A DNA stretch of 64,000 nt from Eutreptiella sp. 'Long Island Sound 2002' (GCA_964036045.1 OZ038379.1:41664001-41728000); one strand, 5' to 3'; shown: positions 11,916 to 25,085, counted from the first letter of the stretch. Program-made: numbers and translations. The notes: a model not told the origin generated them from the letters alone.

Positions 11916-14900
11916 ATGGCACCCCGTGGTGGCAAACGGGCCCCGCCAGCAGCAGTAGGCGAACAACCTCGAAACGAAGACGACAGTAGTGCCGGTGACG
12001 GAAGGGCCTCATACTTGGGTACAACAATGTACACGGCGTCCCTTGACGGTCACACCGAACAGGAGTCCCCTTCTGGGCCCCTTGGTGACATACCGCATCT
12101 GGGCGGTGATCTACAGTCCAGTGGAGACGAACTGACGACGGAAATGTGGACGACTACGAACCCGAATATGTTGGGATACCCAAAGGCGAGGAGGACCAGG
12201 AGGCCTCGGAGGATGAGGAATACCAGGACGTAGACCTGAGGCGTGTGCTGCAACAGAGCAAGTCGCAACTGCGACAAACAGCACTGCCACGGTACGCCAT
12301 CCCTACCCAGGGGGAGGGGCAGCGAGTTCTGGAGACCAGTGCTCGACACACTAACACTACCGACAAGCAACTCAGAGATGTACAGCAAGCTTTTGGCTAC
12401 GACATCAGCCAGTACATTATAAGTACTGCAACAGACGTCAGTGTTGACGACATTGACTTTGATACCGAGAGGATGTTTGGGCAATGTCGTATACACGACG
12501 ACAGTTTAGTCGAGCGATACGTAGATGGATTTGGTTGAGCGATACGTAGATTGATTAGCTCAAAGCGATCCCTTGAGTGGCATAAGCATTGTGCTAAAGG
12601 ACTGTGCAGGTATTTTAGTTGTTTACTGCTACTATCGTTGTCGTATACGGCGTAAAATTTTTACCTGGCTTCAGCCGTAAAAATTTTACGCCTGAAGCGC
12701 CGTAAATTGTGTCCGTTTCAGTACAAACTCGGATCACATCACTGACTCTGTGTACCGGCTTACATACCTGGTCATAGGGAGCAAACCAATATGCATTGGT
12801 GGCCAACATAATACCAAGGCCTGCAAGACTCGACGCAACTACCTGGTGGACACTGGCGTACCCGTGCATCGCATATGCCGGCATCTCCAAGTTATGTCGG
12901 CCACCATTTTTGCCTCGGACACCCCCCTCCATATTCTGGAGGAGGCACGGCATATCGGAAAGCCGGACTGCCGACTTGGTGGATTTTCTCCTTAGGAGAA
13001 TTAGGAGGCAAAATGCCGGTGGGCTAGGCATACACCTGAGCCCAGATAAGTTATTTGCAACCATACTAGCGTCTGGGGTACGTTTGATGGACATTGGGAG
13101 TACTGAGGAACAGAAAACTAGGTCACCTCAACAACAGAAGGAGATGCTGGACAAACGGGTATGTTCCTAGTATCTTGTCAACGTCTTTCGTATACACGTA
13201 TTTATTTCTGCTTATCTATGTGCTCCATTTAGAGGGGTGACGCTATTAGGCGCTTTGCTGGTTTGGGTTACCGCGTCGTACGACGACACCTTTCGAAGGC
13301 GGTTTGGTCAATCAACGAACGTTTCGAGGCTCCCTATGAGCCAATCAAAGCAGCAACGTTCCGTGACTACAGCAGTGGCCTGGCCATCTCCGATGTACAG
13401 GCTTTAGTGCAGTGGCCGTCTGACCGGCCGTTGAGTGTTATAGTAAACAAGTTGAGCGAGTTTTTGCGGTTTCTGAAAACCAGACGCAACATTATTTGGA
13501 ATCTACGTCACCCCAAGAATACACTAGTGGCGCCAGAGAACAATATGTTCTTTCTAGTCCCCTTACTTCGTAGTACTAGTATACGCCATTCCGCCTTTTA
13601 GTTGTTGTACCGCTTACGGCGCTAGCGCCGTAAATTGTTACTTGTCTGCTCCTGCGCATCACAGAGTCCCTTGAGATGTGTACGAGGCTGGCGGAAGTGA
13701 TGGCCCAAAAGCACAGCGACAAGTGGCTGCCAAAAGGTGGCCTTGGCGGAAGGGCGTATGCGGAGCTGAGGGCACGCGGTGCAGGCTGGCCTGAGTGGAC
13801 GGCTCTTCTAAAGAGCCCAATCTGGACGGATGCATCCTGTGCGGAACTCTGTTCCAGGTTGCAGAATCCTTCTGGGAACGCGAGCGTGACGTCGGCCAAA
13901 GGGCCTACTGGTACTGGCGCCCTCGTTCGGGCGGAACCGGAATTTGGGGATTGGAAGAAAGCTATTGTGGCAGGACCCACTATTGGGTCGGTGGTTGGTG
14001 CTCGTGGTACGTAGTGCGTCTACGTGGAGGCGACTAAGGATGATATTCTCCACGGCCACGACATCATCCAAATCGCCAACTGATGTACACCAGTTATTGT
14101 ACAGGGCCGCGGCAACGTCGTCCAAGATCGGGTAGACCAAAATTGTACTGACGGTGCCTCGCAGGCTAACAATTTGTGGACTGTAAGTACTATTTACTTG
14201 GGGTCAGCTGAGGAACGGCGGTTGTTCCTCCCTGACCCAAAGCAGACAGGTCTTGCAGGTTCCCTGGTGATGGCCATTTTGAGCCCTAAGGCTATGGTCC
14301 TCCCTAGTTACATTGGGAGTTACATTAGGTTTACAGGCCACTGCCATGCCCTTCCCCATGTTGAAACTGGGCTTGAAGCCCGATCTTAATCAGGGGAATT
14401 TTCGCTGCCTGGCAGTGGCCTTGAACCCAGGGCGAAAAGATGGTATGCTTTTGACTGCCAGTTTGGCAGATGAGTTTCCCCGTTAGCAGATTTCTGTGGT
14501 CACCGAGCCATATAATTTGTCACTTTTTGACAAGGATCTGGCAACTGCCACATCCAAGTATTATGGGACCGTGTCAGCAGACCTGGCCCATGAGGTAACA
14601 CTTTTGTGCAAGGGCCAAGTTCTGGATGACCAGAACATTGCTGTTCTTAGTGTGGAGGAGAGGGCAGCGTAGCGTAGGCGTGTTGGCGAACTGGTCACCC
14701 AGCATAAGAGGGAGCAGAAGACAAAGGCCCAAAAGGAAAAGGCTGAGACCAAGAAGGCGGTAAAAACCGCCCTGCAGGAACAAAAAACAGAGAAGGCTGC
14801 CCAGAGCAGTGCGGCAGCCTTGGAGACAGCTGCAGTTGCAGACCCATCAGATGAAACAGGTATCCTGGGCAACAGTGCCCAAACTCCAACTAAAGCAGCA

Positions 14901-15140
14901 GCAGCTAGGCAGGATGCAGCTGATATTGTCGCTGCAAAGGCAGGTACCCCTGCCAAGGCAGGGACCAGTACGGGGAGCGGTACCGCCTCCCCAAGCAGCA
15001 AGAAGAGGCCAGCCAGGGCCCCAGGGCTTCGGTCTAAGAGGCCTAAGCTTCCAGCAACTGCCGAGCCGGCTGCACATGGGGATAGGGCTGAGGTTCTTGG
15101 TACCACTGAGTTGGAGGCCCTCTTTGTCGGGCTGCCGTAG
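11916..15140 (+). pseudogene. Multi-exon gene with ParB/Srx (DGQHR-like) motifs, divergent from the transposase of element A
   Basis: DVSVDDIDFDTERMFGQCR (12146-12538), ICIGGQHNTKA and SDTPLHI (12750-12995), RRFAGLGYRVV (~13245-13275). All align with the element C gene at 39366-40301. The 3' boundary is uncertain. Confidence 0.55.
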
Positions 15141-18100
15141 TGTACATTACGGTGATACATTACATTGACTACACTACGGTGATTGTGTTCATACTCCATT
15201 ACCAGCAGTTGTGCGTTATGCTTATCCTCCGTTTTTGGGAGCGATCAAACTGTATGAACACATGGGGTGCACAGATTTAACTATTTTTCTACCTATTGCT
15301 TGACCGTTTCTTCTTGGTGTGTTCCATTTTGTACGGCTCAAGCGCCGTAGATTTTTTAGGGCGCTTCAGCCGTAAACAGCATGCGTCAATGACATGGAAG
15401 ATGAAACAGTTCCGTTGGCATTCCATTACAGAATTTGGTGAAATTTCATAATTTTTCCACAGTGAGATGCTACGTGGATTGCATACATCAGAAAGTGGTG
15501 CAGGATAAATAGGTAATAGCTTCATAATTAGCAGCTGGCGTGACATGTTTTTTCACTCCCTGCTAATACACGTGAAATGGAAAGGTGACTCTTTTTCACA
15601 CAAAGTGGTATGTGCTAGTTGGATACCGCAAGCCACGTGCAAGCACGGGGATCTGCACATCAATGCTCAGCAAGGATCTTTGTCACCCCCCTTTTCTGTA
15701 GAATTTTTGTTGTATTTTGTGTTGCATTGTGACATAACTTGGGGCACGTTTGTTTTAGGGTACATTTTTTTACGGCTCCGGAGCCGGAAATTTTCGCAAA
15801 CAAGGGAATATGCTGCAAACCCCCATGTTTTCACGATGGGCCCGCGTTTTCGTACGTTTTTGGGTAATTTACGGCGCCTGCATTTTGGGGGGGACTGCCG
15901 GCAACCTTGCGAATAGTGCACCCCAAGGCAAGGCCCCTGGGGCGGAAACCATGCGGGGGTTGACCCTTTGGACCTTGCGGGGCTGGCCCGGCCACCCCTT
16001 GGAGTGTCGGAACCTGCCACACCCCTCATGACCCTCCAGTTGCCTTTGAGACACCCCAGCAGACAACGTCGTCGCCGTCTCCCTCTACAAGCTCCAACCC
16101 CAACACCCTAGAGTGCAAGCGTGTCTCCCTGTTGCACATCAGTCTCCACACGTGGTCGTGCTGCCCTTGCACAAGCACCCCCTGGCCCCGGTGACCCCGA
16201 GCACCCCCCACTCACCAACTCAGGTGCACCAGCTGACCTCGAGGCAGAGAGGCAAAAAAGCCCGGGCGACGGAGACACATCCCGCCAACACCATTGACAC
16301 GTTGACCCACCTCCCCACTCCAAGTTAAGCTGGCGAGCACCTCGGCGACCCTCCACTTGCACCGAGTACCAAGCATAGGCAACTCACCACCATGAGGCCT
16401 CAGGACACACGCACACTGCACAAAGAAAGCTACGCCCAATCTAGCCCTACACCAGCGCACCAAGGCTGCAGGGCACCACCCCCAGCCGACACAAACAAGG
16501 CGAGCAAGAAGACATGACTCAAGGGCACCAACTCACCCGGCACCGGAACTGTGCCCTCCATCGCACATGCATGTCACCGGGGAACGCCTGCCATTGACGC
16601 CCAAAAGGGACACCTACGCCCTGATAAGAAAGTTACGCGAAAAAAACGGCGAGTGGGACCACACGCACCACATTGCCTAAGGCACTACAATCAGGTGGAG
16701 ACCACTCATCCCGGCAACATGGCCGCCATGAAGAAAGCGTTGGGACGTGGGACACACCAAATACCATATCTCTGATTGGAAAATAGGGGACGGGGAACGA
16801 GGGGAGCACAGAAGCCACCCCACCAAACCGTGCCCCACCCACGCACAATCAGAAGTAGACACCCCGCCGCACGATCCAAGGCGGTCTGCACCACGGGTCC
16901 CCGAACCACAAGCCATAACAGCCCAGCGGCGGACAGATCACCGACAAGATAACTTGCAGGCCAACAAGGACCACATCACGGAGTTTAGAGGCCCACCTAC
17001 AACCCGCACCCCATGCACTACGCCTGCAATCTAACCCCTCCCGGGACCCCATGGGGACGGCCCACGGGGGCACCGAGTGTACATACTTGAGAAGAAAACA
17101 TTTTGAAGGATACCAAGGTGTCAGCTCAAAGACAATGGAAATGACCTTCGCGCCTTGCCAACCGCCTTCATTCAAGGGAGGGACGGTTTGATAAATGGTA
17201 CCCGTGTATCCCTAATGACATTTGACCTTGCTGCTGGATAATGAATGTTTTAAAATTTGTCCCACCTCCAGTCTGGTCATTGGGTGAGGGACCTTGAATC
17301 CTCCAAATGCACCCCCTATCACCAACTACCTACCCATCTATGAAATTGTTTGCCAATTTGTGTGAAGATTACAATTCAGTTCACTAGACAGTCTTTCAGA
17401 CTTGGTCAACTGGTTTTTGATGTGAGTAGCTCCTTGCAAGAGCCGGATGCTCTCTACATTGTCAATTGGCAAGGTGACTAAAATAGCTTGCTGGAGGTAC
17501 TTTTGTTCAAGACAGTGGGGTCCTATGTAGGGTACAAACATCACATGGTAACATGGAAGAGGAACATGACCCCCCAGAGAAAAGCTTGTGCAGTGTTGAC
17601 AAGCTGCCATCAAGGAAGAGGAAGCACCACATAAAACATTGGGATTTTGAGTCCGACGAGGACTTGACAAAACCCCGTAGTGTGGGTAAGCTCTTCAAAC
17701 ACCTTGGTCACTTGGATGATTTTCAGCTAAAACCAAGGCCACAAAGAAAAAGTAGCCGCCGTTCCATCGTTCCATTCCATTGCTCTGTGCCCCAAAATAG
17801 GCGAACCAATACAGCCCCACCACACAAAATGCAGGTGGTCAAAATATGATCATGCACATGATAATAATCGGTGGAGGGTTTTAGCCTTCTCCATCAGTGA
17901 GCATCTTAGAACACTTTGTAGAGTGTTCATTTCCTGCATTTCCCACATTTAGCGACCATAGTTGGCTTGTTGACACCTGTGTCGTGTATGCACCTTTTAA
18001 CGTGTAATCTTCACCAGGCCCCCTTGTCTAATGGGTGCTGTCCTACAGCTGAGCATGAACTGATTCTTTCGACAGCTTTGAGAGAGTGGCGTTAGTCTCC

Positions 18101-18295
18101 CGACCCATTCTGCTTGGGCACAGATGGTGGGTTTTAGTCAGAAGCATGCTTCTTGAAGCAGGACAGTGGTGGACACAATGGTGTTGAGAAATTACATTAG
18201 AAATCCACCACTCATTGCACTAATACATTGAAGACTGTTTGTTTTTCGGAAGGCGATTGTAGTGGATTGTGGTGTGATGTCCTGTACCTTGCCTC

Positions 18296-18590
18296 CTGTG
18301 CTGTGCTGTGCTGTGCTGTGCTGTTGTCTTGCTGTGCTGCTTTTTTGCTGTGATTCGCTGTGCATTGCAATGTAATGCCGGATTGATGTGCTGCAATGCT
18401 TGCAGTGTGTTGTTGTCTGCTATGCTTAGCGGTTGTGTGCAGTGCTGTGGTATGTGTGCAGCTGTGCAGTGTTGTGGTGCATTGTGCTGCACTGTGCTGT
18501 GCCATGCTCCTCCGTCTGATTTTTTTCCCGCTGAAGCGCACCCACACACACACACTCTCTCTCTCTCTTTCCCTCCCTCTCTGTGTGTCT
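18296..18590. repeat. Microsatellite tract: (GCTGT)n decaying into (CA)n(CT)n
   Basis: Seen directly. Confidence 0.9.
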
Positions 18591-18769
18591 CTTGTTCTCA
18601 CTGCCACTACCAATCCCAGCGATTCCAACTCCCACTGTAGTTCTCATTCGAATTCATTCCCACAAAGGTTCTCTCACACCCACTTCTATTATCACTACCA
18701 CTTGACTCCCACTACTGTTCAAATCTTACATTACCTCCTCATCCCATTCTCGCTTTGACATGAAGGTGC

Positions 18770-18987
18770 TGCATTTTGTCCCGATCGGCTATAACATCCG
18801 CCTGCTGGAGGCCATGTTCCATGAGCTCTATGATGCGGTGGACTACTTTGTGCTGTACGAGACGGACGCGACGCAGATCGGCGTTAGGAAGGAAATGTTC
18901 TACGACAAGACGAAGGAGCGTTGGGCTAAATTCCATGACAAAATCATCCATTTGACTGACCACATTGACGACAGCATGGCCAATTCG
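18770..18987 (+). CDS. Exon of a glycosyltransferase family 17 (GnT-III/MGAT3-like) gene
   Basis: HELYDAVDYFVLYETDATQIGVRKEMFYDKTKERWAKFHDKIIHL matches the GT17 N-terminal pattern (ELY.VVDYFV..E...T..G..K...F...K.RF..F..KI). An AG precedes 18770 and a GT donor lies at 18988 (phase 0). Confidence 0.72.
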
Positions 18988-20389
18988 GTTTGCACCCATT
19001 CCGTTGAACGCCCCTTTTCGAGGTGGTGCTGGCCCATGACACGGCCCATCTTTTATTATGCCCAATGCACACCCCCGACTCTTGCTCCATTTGCCCATTG
19101 GACCTCATGCTTTTGCCCTGGTCGATGCCTCAATCTATGGATACCTAAGCCGTCACCTACCTAGTGTACAAGCACATTCCATGGCATGGGTAAGGTAGGG
19201 CCCACCCAAACGCCTAGGCGGCTAAGTGGGTCGGAGGGCAGGCGGGAAAAAACAATTGTGCCCCAGTGCCCATGGGAAAAAACAGTTTCAGGCTTCAAAC
19301 GCATGTTTAGCATGTTTAGCGTTGCCTTGAGGTGGAACTCCGTCGTTGGTTCAAATACCAGATGTTTTGCAGATGTTTCATCTGTCGCAAACAGGGCCGC
19401 GTGTATTCTGGGCCACAGCTCCAACACTGTCGTACCCAACTTTCTTCACCCCGTGCTCAGTATGGCAGGCCGTGTCATACATTTTGTGGGATGGCAGGCC
19501 GCTTCAGTGCACCAAATGTCACGTGCTAAAACACTGGTGGTTGAAGAAAATAGCTGCTGGGCTGCGCATAGGGAAATGGGAGGGGCGGGCGTCCGGTCGA
19601 TATAAGCTCAAGGGGATAGGTAGGGCATATCTTCAGAACCCTTCAGAACTCTAATGGGGCACGAGGATGAGGCCCAAGCCTCGGCCCACCCAGCGCTCCA
19701 CTGTGGTCAACTGCCGGAGGGTCGCTACCAGCCAGCGTCAGTTGACCACCAAACGCTGTCGGTTAACCATCACCTACGGCCGTGCATCTCCTCATCGTGG
19801 TGTGCTGGTGAACCCAGGCATGGGCTACGGACCCGCTCCACAGGGAGGAAGGTGGACCCAGCAGGCTACAAACGCTGCACCAGTAGCCACTTACTGAGGT
19901 CCGGGGAATGCCGATGGTGGGCATGTCCCACCTCCACAATCTCCTCCTAACTCCTCTACTCTGCAACCGCCTCCTCCTCACCCTCGGATTGCTGGACTGC
20001 TGGCTAGCTGTGTCCCTGTCGGCGACCCTCTGCTCAGTCGATCACAGCCACCCTCAATGGGATACTTGGGTTCAGGACTCAGAGCCCAAAACTGACTCCC
20101 GGGTGCGCTCCCAACTGGCTGACAGCGGCGGGGCCTGTTGTACAGTGTTATTGAGGTGGGGCTCTGGGAGTCTAATAGTCAAATAGCAGGTCAACGATCA
20201 GGGGAATGCGGGTAGTTGGCGTGTCTCAGCTCCAACCTCCAACCTTTGCCCCCCACCACCCCCCTGCCACGGCAACGCATTTAAGAATGATGGTTTTGGG
20301 TTTCTGGGATTGTGCTCTTGTATGTGTGTTGTCTTTAGCATCAAGACATTGCCAATATTCATGCTGCTGCTTCCGTAAAAGAAATGGTA

Positions 20390-20700
20390 ACCTCCAAAAA
20401 ACATCCAGAACAAACAGCATTCATGCTCCTGCCTCTATACAAGAAACAAAGACCTCCAAGAAACATCCAGGAATGAACAGCATTTGTACCTTCATGCCTG
20501 TGCCTCCAGAAATGAGTAGTGACCTCCTAAACAAATCCAGCAATTGACGACATTCATGCATATGTCTCAAAAAAATCAAACAGGAACCTCCAGAACGCAT
20601 CCAGGGTGAACAGCATTCATGCAGATGTCTCCAGAAAAAAAAAACAGCAATATCCAAAACACATCCAGAAATTAATAGCTTCATGCAAATCTCCAAGAAT
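20390..20700. repeat. Degenerate ~65-bp tandem repeat (about 5 units)
   Basis: ACCTCCARAAACATCCAG...CAGCATTCATGC variants at ~20395, 20451, 20518, 20586 and 20655. Confidence 0.6.
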
Positions 20701-20949
20701 TGTCTGTAGTGCCAAACATCCTCCAAAAGGGAACCCCCCCCCCCCTTTTGCCTTGCCCCCCTTCTTTTTTGGGGAGGGAGGTTGCCAATGGTATGGGTGC
20801 AATAAAGCTCCCAGAAATTGCAATAAAGACACAAAAAAGCTAAAACAAAAAGGATGGGCGTTTGGCACATCCCTGCAAAAGGCAGTTGCACAGAAACCAA
20901 GTGTGTGGCACCGCACACAAGTTGTATGACACGGTACCAGCCTCTATGG

Positions 20950-21540
20950 AACACGCAATTCCACATCTTGTACTCTTGATGCATCATGGCAGAACTATGG
21001 GACTCCTCTTCAGCAAACCTCTGACCAGGCGGACGACTGACCCCCGTCCACAATGTTGTACAGGGGAGTCTGGAAACAGGCTTTTTGGACAGATTCTCAA
21101 CCGGCAGTCCAGGGACCAGAAAAGGGCTTGCAAATTGACCAAACGGCACTGCGTCATACATGCCTCAAAACGGTGAATGCACATGGAGATCAGTTTGCGG
21201 AAACGATGTTGGAATGCCCGGGAGTCACTCCTTCTGTGAAGGTGCCCACTCACTGGAGGGCAAGCAACAGGGCCCGATGACGCATGCACCACGGGAATTG
21301 ATACGACACAGGCCATACTACCAACGTCTGTCATGGGCTACTTCATAGATATTGGTCACTGGACAACATCCTGTGCACCGCTCCTGTCTCCCCTAGCTTC
21401 CCTTTTCGTGCGTGCTACCGGGTGCCTTTGCTGACAATGACCCTGACCCCGCTGGGGTCTGTAAACCAAGTGGGGGTCCATGGACTGAGGCTTTGGAGCC
21501 TTCCTTTCGGAAGGGTTAGAAGCGCTGATGGTCACCACCA
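20950..21540 (-). pseudogene. Decayed Ty3/Gypsy-like integrase remnant within the GT17 intron
   Basis: Mixed frames give SMDPHLV, a P.HSNIVS segment (decayed IVSD) and SPF..GLPVENLSK, in integrase-core order. Many stops and frameshifts. Confidence 0.4.
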
Positions 21541-21636
21541 ATCGCCGTCAGCTCGATGCCAACCACAGTCGGTCGAATAGCACCACCTTTTGGGCCAACC
21601 GCCGTCGGTGACCTGGAATGCCATCGCTCACTGCAG

Positions 21637-21905
21637 GTGCTTCAGGCCTCATGTCGCCGGGAGAATTGGCAGCTGGAGCACCGGATGCGGTCGCGGCCAG
21701 TGCAGAAGTTCCGGGAGATCATGGATCAGTACAATTTAGGGGACCCAAAGGACGTGCTGGTGCTGGGCTCCGACGCCGACGAAATCGCAAAAGGGGAGGC
21801 AGTGTGGGCACTGTCGCACTGCCACATCAAGAACGACCCCGATCTTGAGCAGTCCATTGTTTACTTTGGAACGCTTCTTGGCACTGGGACCCTCACTGCC
21901 CTCCG
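21637..21905 (+). CDS. Second GT17 exon containing the DxD-type motif
   Basis: RENWQLEHRMR...DVLVLGSDADEIAKGEAVWALSHC matches GT17 D..i.sD.DEI.......L..C. Acceptor CTGCAG at 21631-21636 is phase 0, compatible with the exon at 18770-18987. The donor at 21906 is tentative. Confidence 0.7.
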
Positions 21906-24848
21906 GTACCTTGGAGACGGGGTCTGCTCCGCAGACGGGCAGGGGCCGCAGGAGCTGGCACGAGCAGTGTGGGGGGCAGGACCGGTGGTGAAGACTTTGA
22001 GCAGGGTATGTTTAGTCCCCCAGGGGAAGTGGGGGATGGCCGGGGCCGGTCCTTGGGTGCGGCCCCCTCAGCCCCCCCTGGTTTGGATAGATAGTGATGT
22101 AGGGCCATGGAGCCAACAGCACTATGGCAGGGGGGTTTGCCCACTTGTGTATACGCAAAATGCTCACGATTCCAGGTGGAGTTCAAACATGACAGAAAAA
22201 CACGTCTGAATCACACGTCACATTTCCACAAGTACATTCTAAATTCAAAGTTGCTGAGTCGGTCTGTGTAGGTCTAGGGCCAGCCAGCTCCCTCCCCTTT
22301 CACGCCAATTTAGAAGCCCTCTCTCAGACAACTATCCACCACAAGATAGAAGTGTAGCCAGCTCATCCTTATCTGGCAAGCTTCACCACTTGGCGCTCAA
22401 AGAGGATCGAAGGTTGCCCAGGGCTCTCCAATAAATGAGGCACCAACCCCATGAGCACATAAAGATTTGCATTCCGTCGTGCCTGTTGGTAGTTCAACAT
22501 GCCAGACGTCCTCATTTTCGATAGTTCGCAGCAGGACCGATTCCACCCCCCCCCCCCTTGTGTTTGGTGCCACCATCTGTGTGGTGCCCACACCGATGCC
22601 CAACCTCTGCTGCGAACCCTTGGCCTTGCTGTAGGTTTTTGATGGGCCACTCATTTTCTGTCATTGTCCGTTCAAAATGTCGTTCTTCCCTAGAGGATTT
22701 TTTTCCGGTTGGGTGGGTGGTTTGGCCTGGGTGGTTCCCCAGATCCCCTCCCCCTCCAGTGGTTCAGCAAAACCCTGGCCTGCATGCTTCTTGTGCCAGT
22801 ACGGCATGGGCTGCTGCAGAGAATCGAAACTCTACAGGGTACAGGTACAGGTACAGGGTACAGGGGATATTGCTTGGTGACACCCATTCCAATGGGTGTC
22901 ACCATTGCGTAAGGGCTTAGGGTGCCATCCCTCTCCCATTTCACCATGGGCAGAGGAGACGCAACTTGTCCACCCCTGCACACAGCATCTTTGCCCGCCT
23001 GTATCCTTTTGCTCATTGCCTGCCTGCATCTTTTTGCTCATGGTCAGGGCGGGGGGGGGGGTGCGGCAGCGGTTCTCGTGGAGGAACCAAAAAACCTTTT
23101 CCGTAAAGTTTGTAGGCGCTCGGTGGGTGGTTGACAATCATTTTGGGACAACGGACACTACACTGAAAGCCTTGGCACCCGCAACCCTGAACAGTCACCA
23201 GTTGTTTGTTCCGGAGTGCGAGATGGATGGGACCCACTGACACGTATCAGAGGGGAAGCAGCCACACAAAGGTGGGGGAATGGGTGTGCAGTGCAGGCTA
23301 TTGCACAGGCCGACTTACTGGGCTACCCTCCGCTCCAGCTATCAGTCTGGGAACACGCCCCTCCACCATAGTGTGTCACATCTTTTGAAAAAATGGTATT
23401 TGCATTGTCTCTGGGAGACATCTGTTTGGTCACCACCACACGTCCCTACATCCTTCTCCTTGGCACTCACCCACCCAACGAATCGCAGGAGTGCACAAGG
23501 GTTTCAGCAACAGCTTAACACCTTAAACTTTAATTTAGACCCCTTTCCCACTCCTCGGTCGTTTTTTTTTGGGGGGGGAGGCGGCGGAAGTACAGCAGCC
23601 TTCCCCTTTAGGGGTTCTGAATTGATGCGCGTTAATGCGCATTAATGCGTGTTGTTGCTTGCACAGAGCTGGGAGAAGAGGGACAAGGACAAGGCGGGAC
23701 ACCAACCCACCATTGGAACGGGACGTGAATCGCGAAAGACTAGTGGATGAAGAAGGTGTGAGGTGGGTATCCACAACAAAGGAAGTATCTTATTGCTCAG
23801 TGTGCACCCCGCGCGCGACCGTTTGAGGGCAGCACGGGAGGTGAGCCGCCTGGACATTGTTTATAAGGAATTGATGGCAAAGAGGGGGGTTCTGGGTGGG
23901 TGCCCACGCGTGGATGGGTGGGGTCAAACATTTGGGAACCTCCCCCTTCTTATAGTTATGCCCTGGGTGGGTGGGCTTGTAGTCTAGGACACCCCCCTTC
24001 ATGTTAATTTGGGTATCCCTATGTGCTGGCATCTTGTCTTGCCCACCTCACGCTTTCGTTTTGTTTTGATGTGCAACAATCTGGTCTGTACCACTGTGGG
24101 TGTGGACTACTCATTTCTAATGTGCGCAAGGCTGAGCTTGAGCACTACAAAAGTTATCAACACCAAAAACCAAAGTCAGCAAGCCACAATTATGCTTTTA
24201 GCTTTTTTTGTGAACAACGATAAACTTGTTGGAAGTAGCCACACCAGTACCAACAGCAGCAGTGGTGGTAGCAAGAATAATACTAGTATTAGCAATAATA
24301 CCAACAGGAGCAGCAACCACAACAACAACAACACAGATTGTAGCAAACAAAGTAGCAATCCGCCCACTACCATATGTGCACCCTCAGCATAGTCCACATG
24401 TACTACTGCCGCATCACAACCACTAGGACAAGTAGCACTTCACGTCCCATTTCCAGCTGCACCTACACAACCAATAGGACAAGCGGCAACTCAAGTCCCG
24501 TCCCCAAGTACAAGTACAACCATAGCACACCGGTAGAGTCTTAGGAAGTGAAGATCCATCCCTAACGACAACTACATTGCCGAAAGCATGCAAGACACCC
24601 ACAAACCCTTGGCGAGGGGAAAATTGGCTTGTGCGCGGGGGGGGGGGGGGGGCGTCGTGGGAGCCCCCGGAAGTAGGGGGGGGGGGATCTGGCAATGGGG
24701 CTCCTCTGACCGAACCCTTGGCAAAGTGCCAATCACGTCGAAGAGAGGTTGTTAGATCAAGCGCAGGCGCGGGCGTCGTGCACCCCCCTTTTTTGAGGTC
24801 AGTTGCGTAGCATACCCCAAGGCATGATATAATAATTTGTAATCAGAA

Positions 24849-25085
24849 GGCTCCAACCGCCGACCGAAAAATCTGCCGTCGGCTGCGCTACCATTTGACC
24901 GTGGGTTGTTACGACAGGAATGTGCATCCCCACTAGTTGATTCGAATCCTTGCCGGTCGACTGCCATCGGCGCCGCCGCCACCATGCCATGTGTGCCCGA
25001 CCGGGGTTCGAACCGCCGACCAAAAAGTCTGCGGACGGCTGCATTACCATTCGGCCGCTGGTTACTCGGGATACACTTGCCCTCC
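24849..25085 (-). repeat. tRNA-derived composite repeat (SINE-like, 2-3 tRNA-like units)
   Basis: The minus strand shows A-box-like GGCCGAATGG and GGTCAAATGG, B-box-like GGTTCGAACC, GATTCGAATC and GGTTGGAGCC, and GCAGA in anticodon position (Cys-like). The stems are decayed. Confidence 0.45.

Larger units (their letters stand above)
7781..15927. mobile_element. Element A: 8.1-kb TIR DNA transposon with 5-bp TSD
   Basis: Perfect 30-bp TIR CTTGGGGTGCACTATTCGCAAGGTTGCCGG (7781-7810 and reverse complement 15898-15927), flanked by direct GCAAG at 7776-7780 and 15928-15932. Confidence 0.88.

Noticed and set aside
17040-17700. Possible LINE RT remnant on the minus strand (EGGWQG)
   Set aside because: A single weak motif with no supporting YxDD or thumb motif recognised.
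18212-18758. Cys/His-rich ORFs
   Set aside because: They are translations of the (GCTGT)n/(CA)n microsatellite.
22690-23243. Possible DIRS-type tyrosine recombinase remnant
   Set aside because: Only a vague GRW...Y-like resemblance spread over several frames, with no intact HxxR motif.
24849-25085. Functional tRNA-Cys genes
   Set aside because: Acceptor and anticodon stems do not pair properly, so this is listed only as a tRNA-derived repeat.
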